Shown here in pieces: positions 24,401 through 38,683 of a stretch of 64,000 bases of DNA (its first letter is position 1; every line of letters starts with the position of its first letter). Source of the DNA: Sphaerodactylus townsendi (taxonomy: Eukaryota); contig NC_059427.1 in the NCBI RefSeq assembly GCF_021028975.2, forward strand, positions 126,976,001 to 127,040,000. The letters run 5' to 3'. The notes under the pieces are model-generated. The model did no database searches, was not told the origin of the DNA, and worked only from the letters and a program-made list of their open reading frames with translations. Both the position numbers and the translations under genes were made by a program.

Positions 24401-27400
24401 ATTTGTCCCGCGTCCCGCGGGTTCTACAAATTGTCCTGATTTTGGGGAGGCTGCTGCACTGCCTTGGGGGCACAAGGCAGTGCGGCAGCCTCCCATGCGC
24501 ACGGCCTCAGGAGCACATGGCCTTCTGGCCCGGATCACGAAGGTGACCATCTGGTTACCTTAGCAATAAGTAAAAAGAGGGGGAAAGGTGGTAGGTGGGA
24601 ACGCCACATCACCTCATCTGGTAGAAGCACTAGTGCTTGTAGTTCATATGGGAGAGAGTCATTTAAATAACCTGTCACCAGATCTTTAAGATTGTATGGA
24701 TTATAATCAGGATACTGAATTGTGCCTGGAAATGAGTCAATTGCAGCATAGTTTTTTTAAAATCTGGTGAAATATCATTAATTATATCCCTCTGCCACAT
24801 TTTCCATGTTGAAGCTTCTATTTATTTTTATTAATTTTTCAATTTATATCCCACCCTTCCCACAGGGCTCAGGGCGGCAAGCATCAATAAAACCACAACA
24901 GTCAGAGAATATAAAACCAATACCGGCACAAACTGTATCATTTAAAAACTTTCACAATAAACAATAAAAGAAAAACAGATGGCGATAAAACCCTAACCAG
25001 ACACCCATGGGAGGCAGCAATGTTCCAGTCAGGCCAGTTGGCACAATATAAAAGCCTGGCGGAAGAGCTCAGTCTTCCAGGCCCTGTGGAACTCACAGGT
25101 TGTTTCCCCACTTACCGTCTGCTGTGCGCTACTCTTCCCACTACAGGGGTGGCAACAACACAGCCACCCCGACGCTGCCGCTCTCGAGCCCCCTCAGCGC
25201 GCGTCATTCCTGGTGCTCGTCAAAACAGCACCCGGGATATACACATTCCTGGGCTCCTCAAAACGGCGCCCGGGAGCGCGCCAGAAATGACGCACACTGA
25301 GAGTAGCGCGCAGCAAAGGGTGGTCGAGGTAAGTGGGGAAACAACCACAGATGTCCCACAGGGCCCTGATCTCAGATGGGAGCTCATTCCACCAGGTGGG
25401 GGCCAGGGCCGAAAAAGCCCTGCCCTAGTAGCGGCCAGCCAAACCTGTCTTGGGCCAGGAACCACCAGTAAATACCACCCCCCATGAACGGAGGGATCTA
25501 GGGGGGCAATACAGGGAGAGTCTTTAAAAACAGCCCCATATAGAGTGCATCATAGCAATCCAAGACACACATGATCAGAGAATGAACAATGATGGCAAAA
25601 CTACACTACCTAAGGAAAGCATGCAGTTGGCATACCTACTCTTAAGCCTTCTGGTATCTTTACAGAAAATAAACCTCCCTAGGATAAATTTCTTCTCTAA
25701 CAAATATTACTTACTGGCTGTGTTGCATTCTGTGTCTCTTATGCCTCTTTTCTCTCTTCCAAATATACGTGTCACGGATCAGCTGCCTTCCCCTCCTATT
25801 CTGAATCTTCACTTCAGCTGATGGCTATGCCGTTCGGTAGACGTGGCCCCTTGGAAGAGAGTGAGGATCAATTGTTGCATTGGACTGAGAGGGAGACTGA
25901 AGGAAGTGAAGAGACAGAGGAGGAAACGCAGCTGGTGGTGCTGGATCCTGAACATGTAAGGCTCAGGCCCAAGAATTAGCTTTAATGCTGGCAGCCAAAT
26001 TTGAAAGGCAAACTGGGCTACATACTGATTGCATTTTAAGGTTAAATGCAATTAACGTTGATCTACTGTTACATTTTTGTGATTAGCAATTCCTTTTTTC
26101 AGTGTATATATTCACATTTTAAAAACAAATAGCCCACAACTCTAGTTTGATGCATAACAGACTATGGAAAGAAAACAGGCTCTTACTAGAGAAGGAACAA
26201 AAAAAACAACTAACTCTTTCAAGTGATTGGTTGTGGTGGGTTTTCCGGGCTGTGTGGCCGTGGTCTGGTGGATCTTGTTCTTTCAAGCGAATTTGCTCAT
26301 GTTGGCTCTTTAAGAAACAAGCCACATTTTGTTTGGGAGGTGAACAAGTCTCAAACCTCCTCCCTGAATTTGGGCAGCTTAACAAACTGGGATTGTTTCT
26401 TTCCCTAAGTTTTGGTTTCTGGGAACAATCCTATCCCCAAATTTAGACAGTTTAATAAATTGGAATTAGAGTCCAATCTTCCTTGCAAATCTTCAATTTT
26501 AAACTCCACATACAAAAATGGTAGAAGAAAAAGGGGAGGTTATTATATGGAGGGCTGGTACACCTTCATTCACAACATCTGAATGCAGACCTAATGAAAA
26601 ATCAAAGTTGGATTTCAGTAAAATTGTAGCTTGTTAGATGTCTTTACACAGCCCTGCCTACATATATAACTGCGTTTAGTTTGAGCTGCACATTTCAGTG
26701 GATTCAGAAATTGTATGTTTGTTTGGGGTTCACATGTATGTGAGTTAAGTGCCATCAAGTCACAGATGACTTATGGTGACCCCATAGGGTTTTCAAGGCA
26801 AGAGTTTGTTATTGCCTGCAGTAGTTGGCCATTGCAGTAGTTTGCCATTGCCTGCCTCTGCATCATGCCCTAGAATTCCTTGGAGGGTTCCCATCCAAAT
26901 ACTTTCCAGGGTCAAGGCTGAGAGTGTGTGATTGGCCCAAGGTCACCAAGCAAGTTTCATGTTCCCAAACTGTATTAATACTTGAAATGCTTACGAAAAC
27001 CAAAGAAAAGAAAAAGACCAGAAACCATGTGAAAGTACACTTAGCAGTGAGTTTCCATGGCAGGATGGGAATTGAACCGTGGTTTCCCAAATCCAGTTCA
27101 ACACCTGAACCACTACACCACACTGGCTTTCTCATTTTCTTTCTCACATATGGCAGGGAAACCCATTGTTCGTCTCAGTCTTACAGATTCTTTTCCATAC
27201 TTGCTATTCCTTTCTTTTGTCCTCAGGTTCCTTCTGATAAGTACTCTATTCAAAGCCTTCTACTTGTAACATTTTGGGATGTGATCTCTTTTCTGCATTC
27301 CTTTCCCATTTGCTTTCCACAGTTCCAGATCGCTATTATTGTCCCAGTTTTTCCTACTTTCTTTGACCTGTTAGCTGTGTCTCTGTTTCACACACCTCCA

Positions 27401-30400
27401 CGTTGTTTCCTGAGGGGTGAACCATTTTGTCTTACTACCAAATGGTCCCAAAAATTCTTACTCTGATATCACCTCCCTTAATCCACTGTATCCTTTTGTA
27501 AGGATTGCTGTGGGATGAGGCAGCTGTCAGCATTTTCCAAGCTGAATGTTGCAGGTGAGGATTGGATATCCAATATGATGCCTTGGCCAAAGGTCATAGG
27601 AATCTTGTTGTTGTTGTTGTTTGCAGTTTCATCATGCAAACAAACTGCTACAAGGTTTTGCATGGCCTGTATACCCTTCTGATGTAGTTAATGTACTCTG
27701 AGTAAGAACTGTAGTTGTTGACAGATGTTACTTCTGCTAATCTTTGGCTCTTGGTTCTTTCTGTAGCCTTTGATGAAAAGGTTCCAAACTGCCTTGAAGA
27801 CCTACCTCAGTAAACAGATCGGAAAGCTGACGGAGGAGCTTCGTGAGATGGTACAGTATATTGCTTGGATTTCCCTCTCGTTCTTGACTCATTCGTGTCA
27901 TAGTGAGCAGGCCCTTTTCCTCCCTTTTGTGACTGCAGGCAGTTCTCACAAAGAGCAAGACAAAAGAGAGAGAGGAACTTGGTGTGATTCTGTATGGAGT
28001 GCAGCAACAGTTGGCCCAGCTGCAAATGGACTTGGAAAAGAATCACAATTACCATACTCAGGTCTCCATGGCCCACCGGCAGCTAGAGGAAGAGTTGCAA
28101 GACCTGAGGAATACGTATAAGAAGACATGCCAAAGCAGTGACGATGAACGCAAGAAAGGTGAGCAGCAGTGGCGTAGTGGTTAAGAGCAGGTGCATTCTA
28201 ATCTGGAGGAACGGGGTTTGATTCCCCGCTCTACCACTTAAACCAGTGATGGCGAACCTTTTCGAGACTGAGTGCCCAAATTGCAACCCAAAACCCACTT
28301 ATTTATCACAAAGTGCCAACACAGCAATTTAACCTGAATACTGAGGTTTTAGTTTAGAAAAAACAGTTGGCTCCAAGGCGCATGTTACTCGGGAGTAAGC
28401 TTGGTGAAGCTTCGAATGGGTGAATCATGACCCTAGGAGGGTTTACTCAAAAGCAAACCCCATTGCTAGCAACTGAGCTTACTCCCAGGTAAAGGATCAT
28501 GCCCAGGCCAGCCTAGGTGTGTGTGTGCGGGGGTGATTTTTCGCCCCCTCTTTGATGAACTCTGTGCACACATGCCCACAGAAAGGGCTCTGAGTGCCAC
28601 CTCTGGCACCCGTGCCATAGGTTTGCCACTGCTGGCTTAATCTGTGGAGGCTTATTTTGGGAAATTAGGTTAGCCTGTGCACTCCCACGCACACCAGCTG
28701 GGTGACCCTGGGCTAGTCACAGTTCTTCGAAGCTCTCTCAGCCCACCCACCTCACAGGGTGTGAGGTGGGGAAGAGAGATTGTAAGCCACTTTGAGTCTC
28801 CTACAGGAGAGGAAGGGGGGGATATAAATCCAAATTATTATTCTTCTTCATTTACTGCTAGGTTTTTCTTTGTTCTTTGCATGTTGGGAAAATAAATACG
28901 TCAGTGTTGCAAAACTGTTCCTGAATACTGGGTCTGTTGAACTACCCATTAATGCAGCGGGCTGTGAATATTCTATGTAGTGAGCTGGTGTTGCCTTAAT
29001 TATTTTATAGTTGTTGAGTCATATTCGTGATTGGCAATCAGTAGATTGCACGTTGAATTTTGTCCTGACAAGCTCATTGTTACTGTATTAGCTGGTCACC
29101 GGTTTACCCAGCTGAGAAACAGTAACCAGGCAATCCTGAGCAGAACTGTACTTAGTTCTAAGCCCTTTGCTTTTAGTGAATTTCAGTGGACTTAGTATAG
29201 CTCTGCTAAGCAGCACAGAATACCTTAACAGGCTATGAGGGTCACTCTGTCCTTCATCCATGCTAAATTCAGCAAGTTCAAGATGCACTCCTGTTCTACA
29301 GGACCACTAACGTCAAGCCCTTGTCACCAGAATGACAGCAATGAACACAAATAAAAGACCCCCTTAGATGATAGAATACTTACCTGCTGTCATAATGCCT
29401 CTCTTCCCTGAGCTCTGTTTCTGATGCTGACAACTGCTTCCAGGATTAGAAACTCTGCTGATGCACCAGGAAGGGGGCTGCCACATCCTCTGTTGCAGAA
29501 GTTGCTGTCTAGAGCAGTGGTTCTCAACCTTCCTAATGCCGCAACCCTTTAATACAGTTCCTCATGTTGTGGTGACCCCCAACCCTGACATTTATCCAAT
29601 TTACAGATGGAGAACACTGATGCAAAGAGTCTTAGGCGACCCCTGTGAAAGGGTCATTTGACCCCCAAAGGGGTTGCAACCCCCAGGTTGAGAACCACTG
29701 GTCTAGAGGCTGCTGGTGCAACATACATGCTGCTAGCTCCTTGGTTTCAGTTTCTGCAATGGAGACCTAGGATTGGGTCCATCTTGAAGCTCCCGTTCCC
29801 TTCTAGACTCTTAAAGTAGTAGTTTTGTCATTTTGTTGAATAATTGGAAGGTGTAATCTTCTGTGCCCTAGTATTTGGTTGTGGTTGTTTGCCTGAAGTT
29901 TGGGTGTCTGACCATGAAAGGTTATGTCAGGCAAACTATGAGAGAACATTCTTTGCATATTTAAATTCCCAGGGCCAATCCTTGACCTGTCTGGTAGCAG
30001 GACAGGGAAAGACCTCTGCAAAACACAGAAGAGCTAACTAGGCTTGATAGATAATTTGACTTCATATAGGGCAGCTTCAGATGATGTTGAGAGACAGGCA
30101 AAATAAGCAGGTCCTTCCCTGAAAAGACTTCATGGAACAACTGGTCAGGGCTTATCCACGTAGCCTCTTGGAAGTAGAAGTTGCCTTATTAAAGTGGAGT
30201 CCTTTTCTATTGGTTGTATGATATTAACTTAAATACACATTATCTCTTTTTCTTTTACAGCTGGCTTGTAAAAAATTTTCTGCTCTTTTTCCTAGTTTCA
30301 AGTATGCAGGCAGAGATGGAGAATCTGTCTCTGCACCTTTTCTATATGCAAAACATGGACAAAGATGTGCGTGATGATATTGCTGTGATGAGGCGAACCG

Positions 30401-33400
30401 TGAAGAAGGCCGAGGTGGAGCGGATGCGAGCAGAGGTGGAAAAGCAAAAACAGGTATCAGACAATCATTTTACTGACTGGGCCTGTGTATACTCTTCCCC
30501 ATCAGCTAACAATAATTCTAGAGCCAGGTCCACACACAGCTTCTTGCCCATGCTCATCTCCCACAAGTCCCTGAGTCTCCTTCGACTCCTATTTGGTATT
30601 CTGCTCCCTACAATTGGACAGGCCCCTCACTCAGTATTGCCAGTCCATTTGCTTCTTCGTAGAAGCCCACTTTGTCGTCAGTGACTATTTTGAACCTCCC
30701 AAATATCATCTTACCTGCACTTCCGTTGCCATCCGATTCTTGCCTCTTTGCTCTATCATTTGCTGTGATCTGGAGGTTCTTTGAGAACAGAGAGGGGCAG
30801 GTCCTGTTATCATGGATGTATCTGACTTAACAGGACCTTCACGTTGACCGCTTAACAAGGACAGCCAATGAGTTGCAAGAGCAGATCGCTTTGTACGAAG
30901 CACAACACATAGCCCAGGCTGAAGACACAAAAATCACACGGCAAGATGTGGCGGAGGTAAGAAGGGATACGACGGGCATTTGTTAAGTTTGAACTCATTT
31001 GATGTGAGGGCCGGGTTCGACATAAATATGACTTGGTTGGGCTAGGCATGGGGGTAGGGATGATTGCCATATCAGTACTGGGGGGACCACCTAGATTGTT
31101 GAGTCTCTGGCAGGCTCACCAGTCCAGATCAGCCCAAGGAAAGAGTAGCTACCTCGGCAGTCAAGCCCATAATGAGCTCATCAGCCCAGACCATCATTGG
31201 GAAGGGAGATAGCACGGGGAGGAGGCTGACTCCACTGGCAAGTGCTGGGAGGGGGTGGCTGACTCCACTGGCAAGTCAGTATTAGCAGTGGGGTGGCTAC
31301 CTGGCTGGTGAACTTGCAGTGGATCAATAGCCCATCTTGACACAGTGGGAGGAGGTGGCTCGCCAGGTCAGGCCAGGCCAGGCCAGATCAGGAGCAGGGT
31401 GGGGTGAGTGCCTGGACTGGCAAGCTTGCAGCAGGCATACCAGGCCAGAATAGGAGTGGAGAGGTTTGCTGGACTGGCCAGATCGGGAGCAAGGGAGAGG
31501 TTGCCTCAGCTGGCTCTTGGGACTGATAAGCCCTCTCAAAGAGCAGATCTGGTCCCCAGATGGCATGTTTGACACCCCGGGATTAGATTACTAATTACAT
31601 TTAGATTACATTACATTAGATTACATTTTCCTGGTGAAGCATCTTTCCAACCTTTCTCCCAAAATAGTCTCAAATTGTATATTTAAAGTTTAGACCTCAA
31701 TATGTATATATAATTTTAATCATATCTCTGCAGTATGAGGTATTTTTTTGTATTAGATATTGAGAGCATTTCGAGAGTGATAAAGCCACTTTAAACTTCA
31801 AAGGAATGCCTAGTTGTAGTGGGAAAGAACGGGATAAAAGTCATATAAAATAAAAAATAAATAGTAACCTTGGGCAATTGACCAGATGAGTCAATTGAAG
31901 AGTTTTAATTCTAATCAGAAGGATCCCAAGCTTTGTTGAATCTGTGCGCATGTGTGGAATTTTAGAATGGGCAGGCACCACCAAGAAATGATTGTCATGG
32001 GAAATAGGAACAATACAATGGCTGCTGGGGAAAATTATTAAACATTGGAAAGTTCCAAGTCAAGTATCCTCCTAGAATAGATTGAGGGGCATTCTTCAAG
32101 TGGGCATCTTCAAGTGGGCATTCTCAGTAGAGCCCAAGGGTGGCGAACCTTTGGCACTCCAGATGTTATGGACTACAATTCCCATCAGCCCCTGCCAACA
32201 TGGCCAATTGGCCATGCTGGCAGGGGCTGATGGATATTGTAGTCCATAACATCTGGAGTGCCAAAGGTTCGCCACCATGGGCCCAAGCCTTCTGGTATCT
32301 TCTGAAGCACCTCCTGCTCCAGTGAAATGGAACAAACCTAGGATCTTTGCTTTGGGTAAGCGTTTTGAGGAAGAAACTTGTGGGAACCAGGAAATCCATT
32401 GGTGGATACCATGGCAGCCATGGGTGCCACAGTGAATGTCACTAACATTATATGTAAATTAGCCTCTGACACTGAGCACCTAACTATATAATACATTAGA
32501 GTAGATCCAACTATCATCCAAGAAGCCTTCCTCCAGTCTAAAAAGTTGGCCTCTGCTTCCTCCATCTTTCTCTGTGGAGTGATAGCATAGCGATAGGATT
32601 CACCTTATTGTTTTTAACTCTGCTGCAGATCTTGTTGACCAGAAATGTGCTGAGAATTTCATGCTGAAATGTTTGTCCTAGTCCTCAGTAAATCTGTTTT
32701 AGGTCAAAACTGTAGCACATGCCAGGTGTTATTTTCCCAACCTGCAACTACCTTAAGGAACAACTACTACTGTTTGGAAAATGTACATGTAATCATAGGC
32801 TACAAATATATTTTCCCGGCAGGGCAAATAGCAGCTCTTTGCTGTCATTTCAGGTTAGGAAAATAGTTTATTTTATTTATTTATTTTCAGATTTATATAC
32901 CGCCCAACCCCTGAAGGGCTCTGGGCTGTGAACAACATAAAATTCAATACAAAAAACATAAAATCAAATACTAATCCTGGACCAGCAGTGGCGTAGGAGG
33001 TTAAGAGCTCATGTATCTAATCTGGAGGAACTGGGTTTGATTCCCAGCTCTGCCACCTGAGCTGTGGAGGCTTATCTGGGGAATTCAGATTAGCCTGTAC
33101 ACTCCCACACACGCCAGCTGAGTGACCTTGGGCTAGTCACAGCTTCTCGGAGCTCTCTCAGCCCCACCTACCTCACAGGGTGCTTGTTGTGAGGGCGGAA
33201 GGGCAAGGAGATTGTCAGCCCCTTTGAGTCTCCTGCAGGAAAGAAAGGGGGGATATAAATCCAAAAAACTCTTCTAATCAGTCATTAAATAACATTAATT
33301 AAAAACGCAGCAATTAATACATAATACAACATAGCAACATAATACAACATAATACAACATAGTTTGAGGGGAGGCTTAAACCATCTCTTCCTGCATATAC

Positions 33401-36400
33401 CTCCTCGTCCAATAACTGGGTTGGAGAGGTCCAGGTTGGGGAGTTTAGCTTCCTGCTCTTTATGGAGTTCAGCTGGTGCTGGCTTCCTCTCTCAGGAGCT
33501 TGGAAGAGACTCTGGATGCCTCCCTTTCCTTAGAGGCTCAAATCACAAATACTGCCAGGATGGCTTTTTTTCATCTTCACCAAGCCCAGAAGCTGACCCT
33601 TTCTTTACCTGTCCTGCCCAGATCTAGCCACAGTGATCTATGCAACTGTCACCTCTATATTGGATTACTGTAACTCATGCTTATGCAGGGCTGCCCTTGA
33701 AGTTGCTCCAGAAATTTCAACTGGTCCAGAATGCAGCAGCAACGGTGCTTCTAGGGACCCCCTGGAGAGGCCATGTACAACCAGTGATCCATCAGCTGCA
33801 TTAGCTCCAGATTTTGGTAGTGATCTTTAAAGCCGGAAACATTCCACCAGGCCTGCAGTTGAGGACAGTGATAGTATTACAAATCAATTGGCCTCCCTCG
33901 CCATCCCACCCTTTCTTTTCCTGTTCCCCTTCCTTCCCTTTTATGTTTTCCATTCTACTTTCCCTTTTGTTTTTCTGTCACCTTCACCCTTGGAGCTGCC
34001 AGTTGTTGGCCTCCCTACTGACATTTTTTTGGCCCACTGTCACCATGTGTGAATGATCTCTCCCTAGGTGAGGTAGGAGAGTAAGAGTAAAATTTAGGGA
34101 ACCATCTGTATAAATTGTATTAGTTCAGATTAGGTTTTACTATTTTTATGGTTTTGTTTGCATGTTTTAACTTTGTGTTCATGAATGTATGTAGAGAAAG
34201 AATGTTGTTAGTTGCCCTGAGTCTGGCTCTGCTGGGAAAGGGCAGGGTACAAATAAATAAAGAAATGTGGTAGTCCCAATTCAAATTGGGTGTCTACATG
34301 TCTAACGCCCCTTCAGCACATGCAGAATAATGCTCTTTCAGTCTGCTTTCAATGCTCTTTGTAGCAGTGCGGAATTGCAAAATCCACTTGCAAACCATTG
34401 TGAAACTGGATTGAAAACGCATTATTCTGTGTGTGCGGAAGGGGCCAATGAATTATGTTTCAACATGGAACTCCCAGTATAAGTCTGGTTCATAGGATGG
34501 AGACCAAGCCCATAAAGAATGTATTGTATAGCTGGGGCTAACAACATATTATACGCAGTGTGTGTCAGGCCTCTTGTAAACTGTGAAATGGCTTGGGACA
34601 GTGTGGTTTTGAACGGGGCTATAAGTAAATGAAGGGAAAGGCATGCTTCAGCTTTTCTCCACGATCATTTGCATGTTGGTGTGTACAGCCTGTTGTCACT
34701 GTAGTCTAGTCAACGCATAGATCATGAACATTCCTCCTATGAATTTCACTGATTTGTTGTAAGTATGTTTTCAGTTCATCTCCCCTACTCCACCCCCACC
34801 CCCACTGTCCGCTCCCCAGGATGTAAAGATAAAAAGGAGCAAAGTGATAGAGACTAAGGTTTCAAATATATAACTTTGGTACTTGGCTATCAGTGGAAGA
34901 GGAGTAGATAGTGACTGAGAGAAAGAAGACTAACCCCAGCAGCTGATTTAGCATTTCACCCTGCTCCCTTTGCAGGCATGTACGGAAATACAATCTATAA
35001 ACCTGGAGAAGAAGCAGTTGCTGCATCAGTGGACTGTCAGCTTGACTGGAATGAAGCGGCGTGATGAGGCATATGCTGCCATGCAGGAAGCGCTAAGGTA
35101 ACAGTGCTGAATCAGCACAGAATTATGTGGGTAGGGAAAGATGTGGAAAAAAATGCAAAATTATTCTTTCTGTTGAGTTAGATGGGGATAATCCCACAGG
35201 AATCAGAGCTAACGAATGGTGATTGGCAAACAGCTGTTAGGCACAAGAGTCTCATTAAGAACTTAAGAAGAGACCTGCTAGATCAGACTAGTAGTCCACC
35301 TGATCCAGCAAGCTATTTTGCACAGTGACTAAGCAAATGCTCAGGAAGGTCAACAAATACCAGTGGCTTCCTATCACTCGTATTCAGTTGGCTGACTGTA
35401 TATGGAGGTTCCTTTTAGTCATCATGGTTCATAGGCATTAATGGACCTATCCGCCCTCTAAGTATTATAGGCCAGCAGCATCAATATTCCTGTACAAAGA
35501 AAGTAGGATTGTCTAAAGCACTGTTTTTATATCCTAAGGTGTGTTTTTTTCTTGTGGCTGTGGAGTTATTCTGTGATAATGTTGCATGTTTTGTGGGAAG
35601 TAAGGAGTATTGAAATTTAGTGTTTGAAAATTTACTGGAGAAACAAGGAAACTCACCACAAAATATGACTGCCCCATTACACATAGAAATTACCCATACT
35701 GCCCATTCTTTAGAAGATCTCCAACTTGACAGAATCAGAATTATCATGATTATTACCCATTATGTTTACAAATTACAAAATGCACACTTATATTCACTGT
35801 GTATGTTCTAGCCCAAAGATGCTGGAAATGAGAAGGATGACTCCATTGCTTCATTGAATTCTTGTACTTTTCTTTGTAACCACTACACATAATTTACAAA
35901 GCTTGGTGAAATTTTGGGGGAAACATAATCAAGGTTGCTACTAGATGCTTGAAAAGATTTGTCTAAACATCTGGCAACTTAATACATACATAAAATATTG
36001 ACAAGTCAAACTGCAATATTCATTTCTTATCTGATGCGTTGTGAATTCCAGCCACTTCTCCTTCAGGAAATATTCATTCTTGCCTTATTACACTCAGATT
36101 TGCCCAGTTGGGTACTAGTCATCAGAATCTGAGGAAACAATTTCTTTGTCTATAGGTATTGAATTTTTGCGTTTATTCTTCTTTGAATTCTGCTGACAAG
36201 TGACAGCTATCTGCTTTCTAATATCTGCATCACAGTGGAGTTGTCAGTGCTATGCCTGCAGGTGCTGAGTGGCTAGTAGAACCCGGTGCCTGCAAATGAG
36301 GTCATCACCTGTACTTGTGCCAGGTTAGAATCTAGCCACTGTAGCTGAAGGCCTACATGGTTTCAGCCATCACTACCTTTTGCTGCCCTTTGTCAAGGAC

Positions 36401-38640
36401 ACAGTATTCCCTTTCCGTGGTGTTCAGTTCTGGCAGCTGGGATTTTCCCTGCAACCCACTCTACAAGCTGCTGCTTTTGGGAGCTATCAGATCTTTCCAG
36501 AAACAGAATCTTGCAGTTTGAGTCCAAGAAAATTGTGACACATACACACTACATGGAGACAAGATATCTGTATTTCCAACAACAAATGAGCAATGCCTAC
36601 TCTGTATTTTACTGGACAAAGAAACAATTCTGGGAAGGTCCTTATGAACAGCTTACAAAGGCAGCTGGCCCTTGGTGCTGAATGAGCCAGTCTGGCCCGC
36701 AATTGCTTTTATAAGCGTTTCTTTGAAACCAGAGGTTCTGAGCCAGCTTTGCAGCTTTCAGGCCATCTCTTTCTGCTCTTTCAGAGAAACCAGGCACAAG
36801 CTCAAGTCTTTAGAGATTGAGATTGAAGTCTACAAGAAGTCCATCTCCAAGGAAGAAGAGAGGAATGAGCTGTTGGCATCTATCTTGAGCCGCTCTGAGA
36901 ATGATGGGAGCACAAGCAGGAAATTGATAGCTCAGAGCATAGCTAAACAGGACACCTTGAAAGTGGAATTTGGCACCTACACTCGAACCCTTCAAGAGAC
37001 GGAGCAAGCCCTCAATCGGACCAATACAGTGAGATGCTGGGGGGCGGGGCAGGGGGGTGTTGATCAGGCATTAATATGTGTTTGCTTCTGTGAATCAGCC
37101 TTCCCCATATTTCTTCTAACTGCCCCGGGTCTTCCTTTTCCAGGATCGAACTGCTCGCTTGAATGACTTGGTTACCCTTCGTAGAGAGCTTGAGAAGGGA
37201 TCGCAAATCAAGCAGGATCTGGAGACTGAAATCATGGTCAAGCTGCAGGACCAGCTGATGTCTAACAAAGCAGCAAGATACTTTCTACAACTGTCTGATA
37301 AACTTCAAAACAGAATGATGGATTTGGTATGTGTAACATTAATTCTTATGGAACTGAGGGGAAGCAGGCTGCATGGGCAGTGGAAGGATTATCTTCTTTC
37401 ATTCACTATTATGACAGTCAGAGTGGGGTAGTTAGAGAGCTGGAGTAGGATCTGGGAGGCCTTAGTTGAAATCCTCACTCTGTCATGGTTTTGGGCCAGT
37501 CATTCACTGCCACGACCACCCTGCCTGTGGCCACCAAATGCAATGTCCCCTCTTTTTTCTGTATAAATAAATATATAATAAGTGCCAACTAATATTTGTC
37601 CCCTTAATTCTTTCCCATATGGTAGCTGCCACCAGGAACATAAATCCAAAAGACAACACCACCTTTTATCTCCTTTTGTTAGTGTATGAGCTTATAAGGC
37701 AAAGTGAATGGCCTACTTGGTCCTAAGGAAAATAGGGTGAGAATCCATTGTTTCTTCAAAGTAAGAGTTTGGTTATAACTGATAGATAACTTCAAGGTTT
37801 CAAGCAAAATATTTACAAAATTTTTAAAAATGAGGCAACAAACACTTGGAGAACTTTATTCAACATAAATTCACTGTGACGCTTTCTTTCTCATAGTTCT
37901 GTCAGAGTCTCTGTCTTATTTTGTCTAACAGTTTATTGAGTTCTGACTTTCTCTGTGTACACTCTGATACACTGACTATTTCTCTCACAGAGTTTTGACA
38001 CTCTCTGATTTCTCACTCAGAAACTCTAACACACTCTTAACTTTTGCTCACAAAGAGCTTAGGCACACTTTGATTTGCTCACACAGAGCTTTGACATACT
38101 TGGTCTTTTCGTTCAGAAGCCCTAACACATTCTGCCATGCTCACAGAGAGCTTTGACTCTCTCTGACTAGAGCTTTCACACTCTTAAGTCTTTTCACTCT
38201 GAAATCCTGTCACCTTCTGCCAATCCAGCACAGCCCTCCCACATGCACACTCTAGGAGCAGCAGTGGTGTAGTGGCTAAGAGCAGTGGCTAAGAGCAGGT
38301 GCACTCTGATCTGGAGGAACCGGGTTTGATTCCCAGCTCTGCCGCTTGAGTTGTGGAGGCTTATCTGGGGAATTCAGATTAGCCTGTACACTCCCACACA
38401 CGCCAGCTGGGTGACCTTGGGCTAGTCACAGCTTCTCGGAGCTCTCTCAGCCCCACCCATCTCACGGGTGTTTGTTGTGAGGGGGAAAGGGCAAGGAGAT
38501 TGTAAGCCCCTTTGAGTCTCCTACAGGAGGGAAAGGGGGGATATAAATCCAAACTCTTCTCTTCTTCTCTTCTAGAATGAACCAATCATATCGCTCTCTC
38601 ATCTCCCCTTTCTCTTTCCAACTCAGCTCTCAGTTTAAAG

Positions 38641-38683
<43 letters not shown>

